NCBI GenBank assembly: GCA_963674745.2
Contig: CAXXDV010000003.1
Span: 1,344,001-1,408,000 of the forward strand
Length of the DNA: 64,000 nucleotides
DNA from: Desulfosudaceae bacterium
GTDB lineage: Bacteria; Desulfobacterota; Desulfobacteria; Desulfobacterales; Desulfosudaceae
Direction of reading: 5' to 3'
Shown: one piece after another, positions 53,197 through 61,537 of the stretch
Position numbering within the stretch: the first letter of the stretch is position 1
How the letters are laid out: each line of letters begins with the position of its first letter
Notes under the pieces: generated by a model
What the model saw: only the letters and a program-made list of their open reading frames with translations
The model's database searches: none
Told to the model about the DNA's origin: nothing
Translations under genes and position numbers: made by a program

Positions 53197-54822
53197 ATGG
53201 ATGACTCTAGAAAAGATGATCGCTTGAAGCAAGTGCCCGAGAATCCGGATGAAAAACCTGAGGTGTACGCGGTCTCAATGAAAAAAAAGAGGGTTTCATT
53301 AAGCCGTCGTGCTTTTTTGGGCAGTATCGGTACCGGCGCGCTGCTGACCGCCTGTGCTGAACTAAATCCTCAAAAAAACGGATGTGTCGACAAAACAGCC
53401 GGCCGGCCGGGGGGTGTTTCACAATTACCGTCGGAACCGGTAAAAGAAGTGTATGAGTGGTGCGAAAATTTTAATACCCATTCAAATTCCGTCAATGCCC
53501 TGGCTGTCAGCCCGAATGGCCGGATGCTGGTGTCGGGAAGCGCCGACACAACGATCAAATTATGGTCTCTCCCCGGGGGAAAGCTCCTGAAAATCTTAAA
53601 GGGGCATTCAAATGTTGTAAATACGGTAGCCGTCAGTCCGGACGGCAAGCTGCTGGCTTCCGGAAGCGGCGGTAAGACTGTCAGGCTGTGGTCTCTTAAA
53701 AATGGCCGGGGGCTGCTTTCTTTGAAAGGGCATTCAGCGTTTGTCAAGTCTGTTGCCTTCAGCCCGGATGGCCGGCTGCTGGCTTCCGGAAGCGGAGACA
53801 AAACCATTAAGTTGTGGTCTCTGCCGGAGGGGAAACTGCTGAAAACCCTGACGGGACATTCGAGTTATGTGTATGCGGTTGCCTTCAGCCCGGACGGTAA
53901 ATTTCTAATATCCGGAAGCGCTGACAAAACCATCCGGTTGTGGTCTTTGCCGGACGCAATGCTGTCACAAACCCTGACAGGGCATTCCGACTATGTCAAC
54001 TCACTGGTTGTCGGTTCGGACAGCCGGCTCCTGATATCGGGAAGCTGTGACAGAACGATTAAACTGTGGTCTTTGCCGGACGGGGGGCTGTTGCAAACCC
54101 TGGCAGGTCATTCCGGCTGGATCAATACTTTAGCGATCAGCCTGTGCGGACATCTGCTGGCGTCGGGAAGTGCTGATAAAACGGTAAGAATATGGTCCCT
54201 GCCGGAGGGTAAACCGCTTCTGGTGATGATGGGCCAGGATTTGCCGATAAAATCCGTGGTAATCAACCCGGAAGGGAATTTGTTAATATCGGCCGGTAGT
54301 GACAAAACCATTACCGTATGGACGCTTCCGGATGGATCCCCCAGTTGGTGCTTTTCCGATCCTGCCTTAACCGCGCCGCAGGAGATGAAAACCTTTCGTC
54401 AGATGGGATTTTGCACCCGGATCCTGCCCTGTGGCGCACAGATACCGCCGGGGGCTGTTTGCACTTGTAATTGTGTGGCAGCGGCCTCTATCCACAAGGG
54501 GCCTGAAACGATCTGTATTTGTGATACCATCGCCGTCCCGGCCTTCAAAACGCTGCCGGGAAATACGGTGTGTGTCTGCAACACAATTTTAGTCGGCACG
54601 GGTTGTATCCCCAAGAATCATGAACGGCACATGTCAGGGAAGTCCTGTACCTGCAATACTATTTGTACCTGTGATACGGTGTCGAGGGCCGGTCTTCCTT
54701 GTTCCCGTTATGCTGTAGGCGGCCACACAAAACAGACGACCGGAACGACTTGTACCTGCGATACCATCTGCACCTGCGATACGGTTTCAACAGGAGGCGG
54801 GCATTACTGGTATCCCACTTAA
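53197..54822 (+). CDS. Tat-exported lipoprotein with 7 WD40 repeats and a Cys-rich repeat tail (putative modification substrate)
   Basis: SRRAFL Tat motif (aa 36-41), LTA-C lipobox (Cys53), seven 42-aa WD40 repeats, 7x C-x-C-[DN]-[TC]-[IV], C-terminus GGGHYWYPT. Confidence 0.88.
   Translation: MDDSRKDDRLKQVPENPDEKPEVYAVSMKKKRVSLSRRAFLGSIGTGALLTACAELNPQKNGCVDKTAGRPGGVSQLPSEPVKEVYEWCENFNTHSNSVNALAVSPNGRMLVSGSADTTIKLWSLPGGKLLKILKGHSNVVNTVAVSPDGKLLASGSGGKTVRLWSLKNGRGLLSLKGHSAFVKSVAFSPDGRLLASGSGDKTIKLWSLPEGKLLKTLTGHSSYVYAVAFSPDGKFLISGSADKTIRLWSLPDAMLSQTLTGHSDYVNSLVVGSDSRLLISGSCDRTIKLWSLPDGGLLQTLAGHSGWINTLAISLCGHLLASGSADKTVRIWSLPEGKPLLVMMGQDLPIKSVVINPEGNLLISAGSDKTITVWTLPDGSPSWCFSDPALTAPQEMKTFRQMGFCTRILPCGAQIPPGAVCTCNCVAAASIHKGPETICICDTIAVPAFKTLPGNTVCVCNTILVGTGCIPKNHERHMSGKSCTCNTICTCDTVSRAGLPCSRYAVGGHTKQTTGTTCTCDTICTCDTVSTGGGHYWYPT
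53473..54327 (+). repeat. Seven tandem 126-bp WD40 coding repeats
   Basis: Repeated (G)HS..V..VA.SPDG.LL.SGS.DKT(I/V).LWSL with a 42-aa period. Confidence 0.9.
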
Positions 54823-54834
54823 GCCGGACGGCAG

Positions 54835-57672
54835 ATGAATATTTTAACTCCTGCGAATAAAAACGACATAACCGACGATTTCACGGCAGCGGACACTTTT
54901 TCTGTCGGCAATTTTATGCTTAAGGGGAAGGTCCATCCGAAACTGCCTCTGTTTGAACTGCGTTCGGGCGGTCAAAGCGTATTGTATGCGCCCGGAAAAG
55001 TTGCCGTTGTAGATTATCCGAATGCCGAAGCGATCTGCCGGGCATGGTCCGGAGACGGTGTCCTGTCTCCGGGCAGCATTTCCGGTCAGACGGCCCGATG
55101 GCTTGAAACGCATGCGGAAAATGCCCTGAAAAAATGGAAGGCTGTTACCGGCATGCCTTTCCAGCCCGAATGCCTGACCATTTACCCGGGTATTCAGTGC
55201 AACCTGAAATGTGGTTATTGTTACGCGCGGAACCGTGACGTTGATGAAACAGCGGGAAGCAGGTCAGGCCGTCCGGTTATGGCTGATTCGGTTGTGGCTT
55301 CCGCTGCCGCGATTGTAGCGAAAAACTGCGCCGACAAAGGACTTCCGTTTCATCTGGTTCTGCACGGCGGTGGAGAGCCCTCATACTACTTTGATCAGGT
55401 GCGCCGTTATACGGCGATAACCCGCCAGGCTGCCCGGCAGCTCGGGCTGGACTGGTTCGGGTATATCGCCACCAATGGGGTAATGCCTGAAAAAAATGCC
55501 CGGTGGCTGGCTGAAAATTTTACGCGGATCGGACTGTCGTGCGACGGCCCTCCAGATATTCAGGACAGGCAGCGGCCGCTTAAAACTGGCGGCAGAACCT
55601 CGCCACAGGTAAAACAGACCGCGCGTATTTTAACTGAACATGGCGCGGATATGGTTGTCCGCGCCACCCTGACACCCTGGTCTTTTTCTCGTCAGACTGA
55701 AATTGTCACCTATTTTTATGAGCATTTAAATCCATCCGCCATACGTTTTGAACCGGCTTTTCGACTTCGGGATAATGGGCATCCGGGATTCACCGCAGAC
55801 GATGCGTCAATTTTTGTCGAGCATTTTCTGGCTGCCAGGAAGACAGCAGAATCCATGGGATGCCATCTTTCCTTATCCGGTATCCGGCCCGAAGAGATCC
55901 ACGGCCCTTTTTGCGATGTCCTGCGGAATGTCCTGCGTCTGGGACCGGACGGTTCGGCTACGGCCTGTTTTCTGATATCAGATGAAACGGTACCTGTCAG
56001 TTCGCCTTTTTTGATTGGCCGGGCGGACCCGGACACGGGTGATTTTATTTTAGACACCAAAAAGATAGAGGCATTCCGGCGTTCCGTCGCCGTCATACCT
56101 GCCGAATGTGAACAATGCATCAATATCTGTCATTGCGCCCGGGGATGTCCGGACCGGTGTCCGGTTTTAACCGGGTCGCCCGTTGATCCGGAGAATAAAA
56201 ATAATAATAATTTTCTGTGCCGGTTGTATCAAAAACTGGCGCCGGCCCTCATTATGGACGCAGCGGACAGGTTGATAAACAGAGAACAAAAAAAGGCGGT
56301 GACGATACTACCCGATATCGGCATCTCCGATGAAGCCGGCCTTAACCTGAATGATCTGCCGGCTGCCGTAAACAGGGAAGAGATCAGAAAACAGTATGAC
56401 GCGGTGGGCGGTACCTATGATATTACAGCCGGCCGCTTGCCGGAGCCTGCCTGGCGGAAAAAGGGGTTTACCTTCAATGGCCCTGATGCCTGGCATTATC
56501 TGCGTCGGGTTTTACCGGATACGGATCACGCCCGACCGGTGTCTATTTATTTCCATGTCCCGTTTTGTGAACACCGGTGTGCCTTTTGTGACTGCTATGC
56601 CTTTCCCTTCGGGAAAAAAAGGTCCGTAAAAGAAGAGGCCTTTTGCCGGGCGCTTGTAGCTGAAATGCGTTTTTGGTCGGATATTTACCCGATCAGCCGA
56701 CGCCGGGTTACGACCGTCCATTTCGGCGGAGGGACCCCGGGGTGTTTGAATGCTCCTGTGTTTGATCGAATTCTGACGGAATGCCGCGATCTTTTTAAAG
56801 TCCATGAGCAGACGGAATGGGCGCTGGAAACAACCGTTTCTCACATCAGGCAGGAAGATTTGAACCGGTTGGGAAAATTGGGCTTTTCCCGGCTGCATGT
56901 TGGGGTTCAGACCTTAAATGAGGATTTAAGGCAATCCATTGGGAGAAGGACTTCAGCCAAGGATGCTGTCTTCAGGCTGAAAAAGGCCATGGGGGCAGGT
57001 TTTGTTGTTTCCGTAGATATTTTATATGGCCTCCCCGGACAGCGCTTATCGGATGTGCTGAATACCCTGTCGATCCTGATTGACATGGAGATTCACGGTC
57101 TGTCGCTTTACCGTTTCAATGTATCAAAACGGAATCGATGGTATATTAAGCGTTGCCGGGAGTTTAACCCGGATCCGCGTCGTGATTACTTGATGTTTCA
57201 GGCCGCGGAGCAAATGCTGACCAAAGCCGGTTATCGGAAAAACCATTTTGCGCATTTTGCAAAACAAGCGGATCGCAACCTGTATTTCACCTGTCCGCTG
57301 AGGGGGGAAGACCTGCTGGCCATGGGGCCGACGGCAGACGGTTTTTTCGGTAATTATCGATACCGTAACGCGGAATATGCAAGGTATATGAACCAGTTGC
57401 AAAACAAATCAGGCATGCCGGTGCTGCAAGGCTGTCTTGAGGAATCAGACCTTGAGGTCAGGGCGCGTCCGGCGATCCTCGACATTATGGGCAGCCATAT
57501 CCGGAGAAGCGTTCATGAACATCTGGGTATCGACAGTCTGATCAAGAAATGGGAAGACTGTCTGCTGATCGAAAATTTATCCGGCGGAAATGATTTTGCG
57601 TTAACACCGAACGGCTCCTGGTTTGTTAATCAAATGATTGCTGATGTTTTACATGATCTTGAAAGCAGGTGA
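54835..57672 (+). CDS. Double radical SAM protein: radical SAM/SPASM fused to a HemN-like (class C) radical SAM domain
   Basis: CNLKCGYC (aa 122), LHGGGEP, SPASM CEQCINICHCARGCP; second domain IYFHVPFCEHRCAFC (Cys578), VHFGGGTP, RLHVGVQT, VDILYGLPGQ. Confidence 0.9.
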   Translation: MNILTPANKNDITDDFTAADTFSVGNFMLKGKVHPKLPLFELRSGGQSVLYAPGKVAVVDYPNAEAICRAWSGDGVLSPGSISGQTARWLETHAENALKKWKAVTGMPFQPECLTIYPGIQCNLKCGYCYARNRDVDETAGSRSGRPVMADSVVASAAAIVAKNCADKGLPFHLVLHGGGEPSYYFDQVRRYTAITRQAARQLGLDWFGYIATNGVMPEKNARWLAENFTRIGLSCDGPPDIQDRQRPLKTGGRTSPQVKQTARILTEHGADMVVRATLTPWSFSRQTEIVTYFYEHLNPSAIRFEPAFRLRDNGHPGFTADDASIFVEHFLAARKTAESMGCHLSLSGIRPEEIHGPFCDVLRNVLRLGPDGSATACFLISDETVPVSSPFLIGRADPDTGDFILDTKKIEAFRRSVAVIPAECEQCINICHCARGCPDRCPVLTGSPVDPENKNNNNFLCRLYQKLAPALIMDAADRLINREQKKAVTILPDIGISDEAGLNLNDLPAAVNREEIRKQYDAVGGTYDITAGRLPEPAWRKKGFTFNGPDAWHYLRRVLPDTDHARPVSIYFHVPFCEHRCAFCDCYAFPFGKKRSVKEEAFCRALVAEMRFWSDIYPISRRRVTTVHFGGGTPGCLNAPVFDRILTECRDLFKVHEQTEWALETTVSHIRQEDLNRLGKLGFSRLHVGVQTLNEDLRQSIGRRTSAKDAVFRLKKAMGAGFVVSVDILYGLPGQRLSDVLNTLSILIDMEIHGLSLYRFNVSKRNRWYIKRCREFNPDPRRDYLMFQAAEQMLTKAGYRKNHFAHFAKQADRNLYFTCPLRGEDLLAMGPTADGFFGNYRYRNAEYARYMNQLQNKSGMPVLQGCLEESDLEVRARPAILDIMGSHIRRSVHEHLGIDSLIKKWEDCLLIENLSGGNDFALTPNGSWFVNQMIADVLHDLESR

Positions 57673-57946
57673 AGATGGTTCACTTTGATCCTGATGTCGT
57701 CTGGTCTGTTGACTGCCGCGGTTTGTCGCTGGTTCACCGTAAAACAGGTGACCGCGCTTGCCTGGTTTATCCCCAAGCCGCTTTATGGGATCTGTTGAGC
57801 AGAGAGGTGGAAATGACGAGGATCATCCGGATCATGACGGCTCTGACGGCGTTGAGGACCCGGCTGTCCGGCTATGGTGCCGCCGGACCGTCCAGGGCTG
57901 GATTGACGCGGGCTGGATGCTCGAAGACGGGGAAACCGCATCATGA
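57669..57946 (+). pseudogene. PqqD/RRE-like gene split by a 1-base frameshift near 57846-57850 (pseudogene or assembly error)
   Basis: First frame gives ..YPQAALWDLLSR..IIRIMTALT; the -1 frame continues GVEDPAVRLWCRRTVQGWIDAGWM..TGA, overlapping the next ATG (ATGA 57943-57946); joined length ~92 aa. Confidence 0.65.
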
Positions 57947-59940
57947 CGAATCTTTCCCTTACCTCTGAATGTAACCAGAATTGTTCATACTGCTTTGCCG
58001 GGAATATAACGGAAGTCAGCCGTTTTCCCCGCCGGGAGTATGATGGGTTCCTCGCGTTTTTGAGGCGGTCAGGGATCAAGCAGGTCCGGTTGCTGGGCGG
58101 TGAACCCACGCTTCATCCGGACTTTATTTTTTTTGTAGAAGAGGCTTTCCGTCAGGGCTTTCATGTGCTGGTATTTTCAAACGGCATGATGCCTGAAAGC
58201 GCCGTAAAATGTCTTGAAATCCTGCCCCCGGACAAGCTACTGGTTCTGGTAAATACCACCCCTTCCCGGCGTTGGAACATGAACCTACGTGGTCGCCGGA
58301 TCGAGATATTGAAACGTTTGAATCAGAGGGTAATGATCGGTTTAACCATTCACACAACGAACCCTGATATTGATTCCATCTGTTCGTATATTGAAATATT
58401 GAATTTACGCCCCGCCATCCGCCTGGGTCTGGCCCATCCCTGCCCGGACAGCACCAATCAATGGTTGCCTCCCAAGCATTATTGTCTGGTCGGACAAATC
58501 ATAGCCGATTTTATCATTCGGCACCCGGATCTGTCGATCGAGTTTGATTGCGGCTTCGTGCCCTGCATGTTCCCGGACTGGTTTTTTTCACAGTCTGTTT
58601 TCAAACCGGAGGACATCGGGCGCCGCTGCGGGCCGATACCGGACATCTTACCCGATGGCTCAGTAGTGCACTGTTTTCCGTTACGTGCCATATCGAAACT
58701 GACACTGGATCAACTGGCCTGTGCCCGGGCGGCAGGAAAAGAATTGTCGCGAATGGTTGCACCGTATCAGCATACGGGTATTTTCCCGGAATGCGGCTGC
58801 TGTGAATATCGGACGGCGGATCAGTGCTCCGGCGGTTGTATTGCGGCAGCCGGCCGGCGCTTGAGAAGTTCGTCTCAATGCTTTTCTCTGTCAATTCCGC
58901 TCAGCACATCCCTTGCGTCGGATTTTACCGGCAATGAGCCGTCCCCCGGTAACGGGACGCTGGAAGATGTGAACGATGCCAGGGTGGACAAAGATTTCAT
59001 CATTCCGTATATCGATCAGCCACCGCGTTTCTGGGAGGAAATTTATAGCGCCTTTGGCCGGTTTATCAAAAAGGTGTATTGTCCCCTGCCCGGCAGTAAA
59101 ATCGGTTCCGGGCGTCCGCCTCAACCCGATGACCATTTACATCAATTTTTATGTTCCGGTTATTTTGAGACGGATATCCTTATCAACTCGCCTTTTGTTA
59201 AAGAACCGCTGGACGATTTTACAAGCCGTGTCATCAGGGAATTGAGGCTGTTTTCGGAGAAATACCCTTTATCGGGCGTGACGATTGCCAATCGTAAGGT
59301 CGGCAGACGGATCCGGGAGGTATTTCCTGACCTGACCCTGACGGCTTCGGTGTTGATGGATGTTTACGGGCCTGATCAGATAAAACGGATGGGGGATACT
59401 TTTGACTGCCTGGTTCCGTCCAGCAGGATTATGCGTAATATCAATGCCCTGATGCGGATCAGGCAGGCTTTTGCCGGGAAGATACGGTTGATCGCCAATG
59501 AAGCGTGCCTTCCGGGCTGCCCCTACCGTGATCAGCATTTTTACGAGATGAATTCCGACCGTTCGTACCCTGAATCGCTCTGTACCGACCTTCTCGAGGA
59601 AAAACCATGGCTGCGCTTAACCGGTGCCTGGGTTCTTCCGCAGCACCTGTCTTTTTTCGATACCATCTATGATGAACTCAAACTGGCGGGCCGCGTTACC
59701 TTAAAAGATCCGGCAAAGTATATGAAGGTGCTGAATGCTTATATTACCGGGACGCCGCTGACCCCGGATGAAATCGGCGGCGGGCCGGCGTCTGTCCTAG
59801 ACCCTGTTTATATTGATTCTGATTTTTATTTTTCCACGTTAAATTGTGATAAACAATGCCATCAATGCGATATCTGCAGCACATATTATGAAATGCAGAC
59901 CAATCCGGTAGAAAATGAAACAGAAAAAGTGCCTGTATGA
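57943..59940 (+). CDS. Radical SAM/SPASM domain fused to a peptidase U32-family domain
   Basis: CNQNCSYC, LLGGEPTLHP, FSNG, CGP..DILPDG.V.HCFP, CGCC...CSGGC; C-terminal IGSGR, ASV, ANEACLPGCP...H, LKLAGR, CDKQCHQCDIC. Confidence 0.85.
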   Translation: MTNLSLTSECNQNCSYCFAGNITEVSRFPRREYDGFLAFLRRSGIKQVRLLGGEPTLHPDFIFFVEEAFRQGFHVLVFSNGMMPESAVKCLEILPPDKLLVLVNTTPSRRWNMNLRGRRIEILKRLNQRVMIGLTIHTTNPDIDSICSYIEILNLRPAIRLGLAHPCPDSTNQWLPPKHYCLVGQIIADFIIRHPDLSIEFDCGFVPCMFPDWFFSQSVFKPEDIGRRCGPIPDILPDGSVVHCFPLRAISKLTLDQLACARAAGKELSRMVAPYQHTGIFPECGCCEYRTADQCSGGCIAAAGRRLRSSSQCFSLSIPLSTSLASDFTGNEPSPGNGTLEDVNDARVDKDFIIPYIDQPPRFWEEIYSAFGRFIKKVYCPLPGSKIGSGRPPQPDDHLHQFLCSGYFETDILINSPFVKEPLDDFTSRVIRELRLFSEKYPLSGVTIANRKVGRRIREVFPDLTLTASVLMDVYGPDQIKRMGDTFDCLVPSSRIMRNINALMRIRQAFAGKIRLIANEACLPGCPYRDQHFYEMNSDRSYPESLCTDLLEEKPWLRLTGAWVLPQHLSFFDTIYDELKLAGRVTLKDPAKYMKVLNAYITGTPLTPDEIGGGPASVLDPVYIDSDFYFSTLNCDKQCHQCDICSTYYEMQTNPVENETEKVPV

Positions 59941-60049
59941 AAACAGAGGGGGTGATAATGACAGATAGTGCCCTTTTATTTTTCTGGACAAGAATGATCG
60001 TCCGGTGAATGGATCGGAAATGCCTTGCAAAGGATGCTTTTACAGTTTG

Positions 60050-60475
60050 TTATCCAAATATATCGATTTTACTTTCACCGCTCATATATCTGAAATAGTC
60101 AGACAAAATACGCCCGTGATCAAAAGCCAGGGTTTCCGGCAAGGTGTCTTTGGTATAAACAACGGCCCTGGCGGCATCGTCTGCAGCAATGGGCGTACCT
60201 TCGGCTTCGGCGATAAAAACGACGCTGGCCGTATGGTGACGGGGGTCACGGGCTGGATCGGAATAAACGTGAAACTGCTCTTTCAGGCTCACATTCAGCC
60301 CGGTTTCTTCAGCCGCCTCGCGAACAGCAGCCCTTTCCACCGATTCACCGTAATCGACAAACCCGCCCGGCAAAGCCCAGCCATAGGGCGGATTTTTGCG
60401 TTCAATCAGAATGATACCGCCATTGATTTGAATAATGATATCAACAGTCAAAAAGGGGTTGCGGGGATTGTTCAT
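60050..60475 (-). CDS. NUDIX hydrolase
   Basis: Nudix box [35 protein letters not shown]. Confidence 0.93.
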   Translation of the reverse strand: MNNPRNPFLTVDIIIQINGGIILIERKNPPYGWALPGGFVDYGESVERAAVREAAEETGLNVSLKEQFHVYSDPARDPRHHTASVVFIAEAEGTPIAADDAARAVVYTKDTLPETLAFDHGRILSDYFRYMSGESKIDIFG

Positions 60476-60538
60476 ATACGGATTCTTCCCTTTCAAAGCC
60501 AGGCCGGTGTTTTTGTTATTTAAGAGGCTGGGTTGTTC

Positions 60539-60862
60539 AAGGTGTTTATGTGGTTAAGTGTTTATGTGATTAAGGTATCAGGGTGTTACGTGTTATTTAT
60601 TTTTGGTTAAGGTGTTGTCGCTCGCGAATGTTGTAGGGGCGGCCCCCTGTGGCCGCCCGGCAAAAGGGCAACCACAGGGGGTTGCCCCTACAGGAGTTCG
60701 GGGCCCTCGCCTATCATCACTCAACCTCCGAACCTACAACCCTCGCAATGACGCAATCAACTAAAACTCTAACACTTTAAAACCTAAAACTTAAGTCTTT
60801 AATGCCTCAACAAACCAATCAACCACGATATCCACTTAATCACTTAATCACATAAACACCTT
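60539..60862. repeat. Composite palindromic element: octamer-repeat outer inverted repeats around a GTAG-type REP doublet
   Basis: Outer inverted repeat 60541-60568 / 60833-60860 (25/28 match); inner TGTAGGGGCGGCCCCCTGTGGCCGCCC (60632-60658) and GGGCAACCACAGGGGGTTGCCCCTACA (60666-60692). Confidence 0.8.
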
Positions 60863-61124
60863 CTAAGTAACTTAACAAAAAAACGCCATATGTTGTGTTA
60901 TATACACGCCGAAGCACAACCCACGAAACAACCCAGTGTAAGAAAGTTATTTGTAGGTTTGGTTCCGGGCCGTGCCCGGTTGGAACGCTAATCACCCGCT
61001 CACCAAGTCATTATTTTAAACCCGTTGATTTCAATTGCTTTTTGTAAATACAGCGTTATATAGAGAGTATCCGAAATAAACGCCTTTCTAATTTGAGCAA
61101 AGAGGTTTTTTGATGGGAGACTGG

Positions 61125-61529
61125 ATGTCCGAGTTGTTTCGACTGAAATCAGTCTTTAAACCGTTGGTTATTGTTATGCTGGGGGGCGGTCTGGGCGCGG
61201 CCAGCCGATATCTGGTCGGTTTATTGAGCGCCAGGATATGGGGGACTCATTTTCCCTGGGGAACGCTTATCGTTAATCTGGCGGGTTGTTTTCTGATCGG
61301 TTTTTTTTTCGCCCTTTCGGACCGGGCCCGACTGCTGACACCGGAAATGCGCCTTCTGTTGATCACCGGATTTCTGGGCGCACTGACCACATTTTCTACG
61401 TTTTCTCTTGAAACCACCAACGCCGCTCGAGCCGGCATGACGCTTCAGCCGGTTGTTAATATTCTGGTCAACAACCTGGGCGGTATCGGCTTGACCTTTC
61501 TGGGGTTATGGCTGGGAAGCCTTAAATAG
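61125..61529 (+). CDS. crcB: Fluoride efflux channel Fluc/CrcB
   Basis: GGGLGAASRY, GTLIVNLAGCF, TGFLGALTTFSTF. Confidence 0.95.
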   Translation: MSELFRLKSVFKPLVIVMLGGGLGAASRYLVGLLSARIWGTHFPWGTLIVNLAGCFLIGFFFALSDRARLLTPEMRLLLITGFLGALTTFSTFSLETTNAARAGMTLQPVVNILVNNLGGIGLTFLGLWLGSLK

Positions 61530-61537
61530 GGGGGGGA

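Noticed and set aside
53473..54327. Regular 126-bp DNA repeats as a CRISPR array
   Set aside because: They are in-frame WD40 coding repeats without unique spacers, and no cas genes are present in the window.
59958..60008. 16-codon ORF MTDSALLFFWTRMIVR after the radical SAM operon as a small precursor peptide
   Set aside because: It has an RBS-like GAGGGGG but no leader/core features, and it overlaps a probable terminator region; the WD40 tail is a far better substrate candidate.
60900..61125. Fluoride riboswitch upstream of crcB
   Set aside because: Expected from context, but I could not find the GATGG..TCGCC / TAATG..CCT consensus. An Infernal search would settle it.
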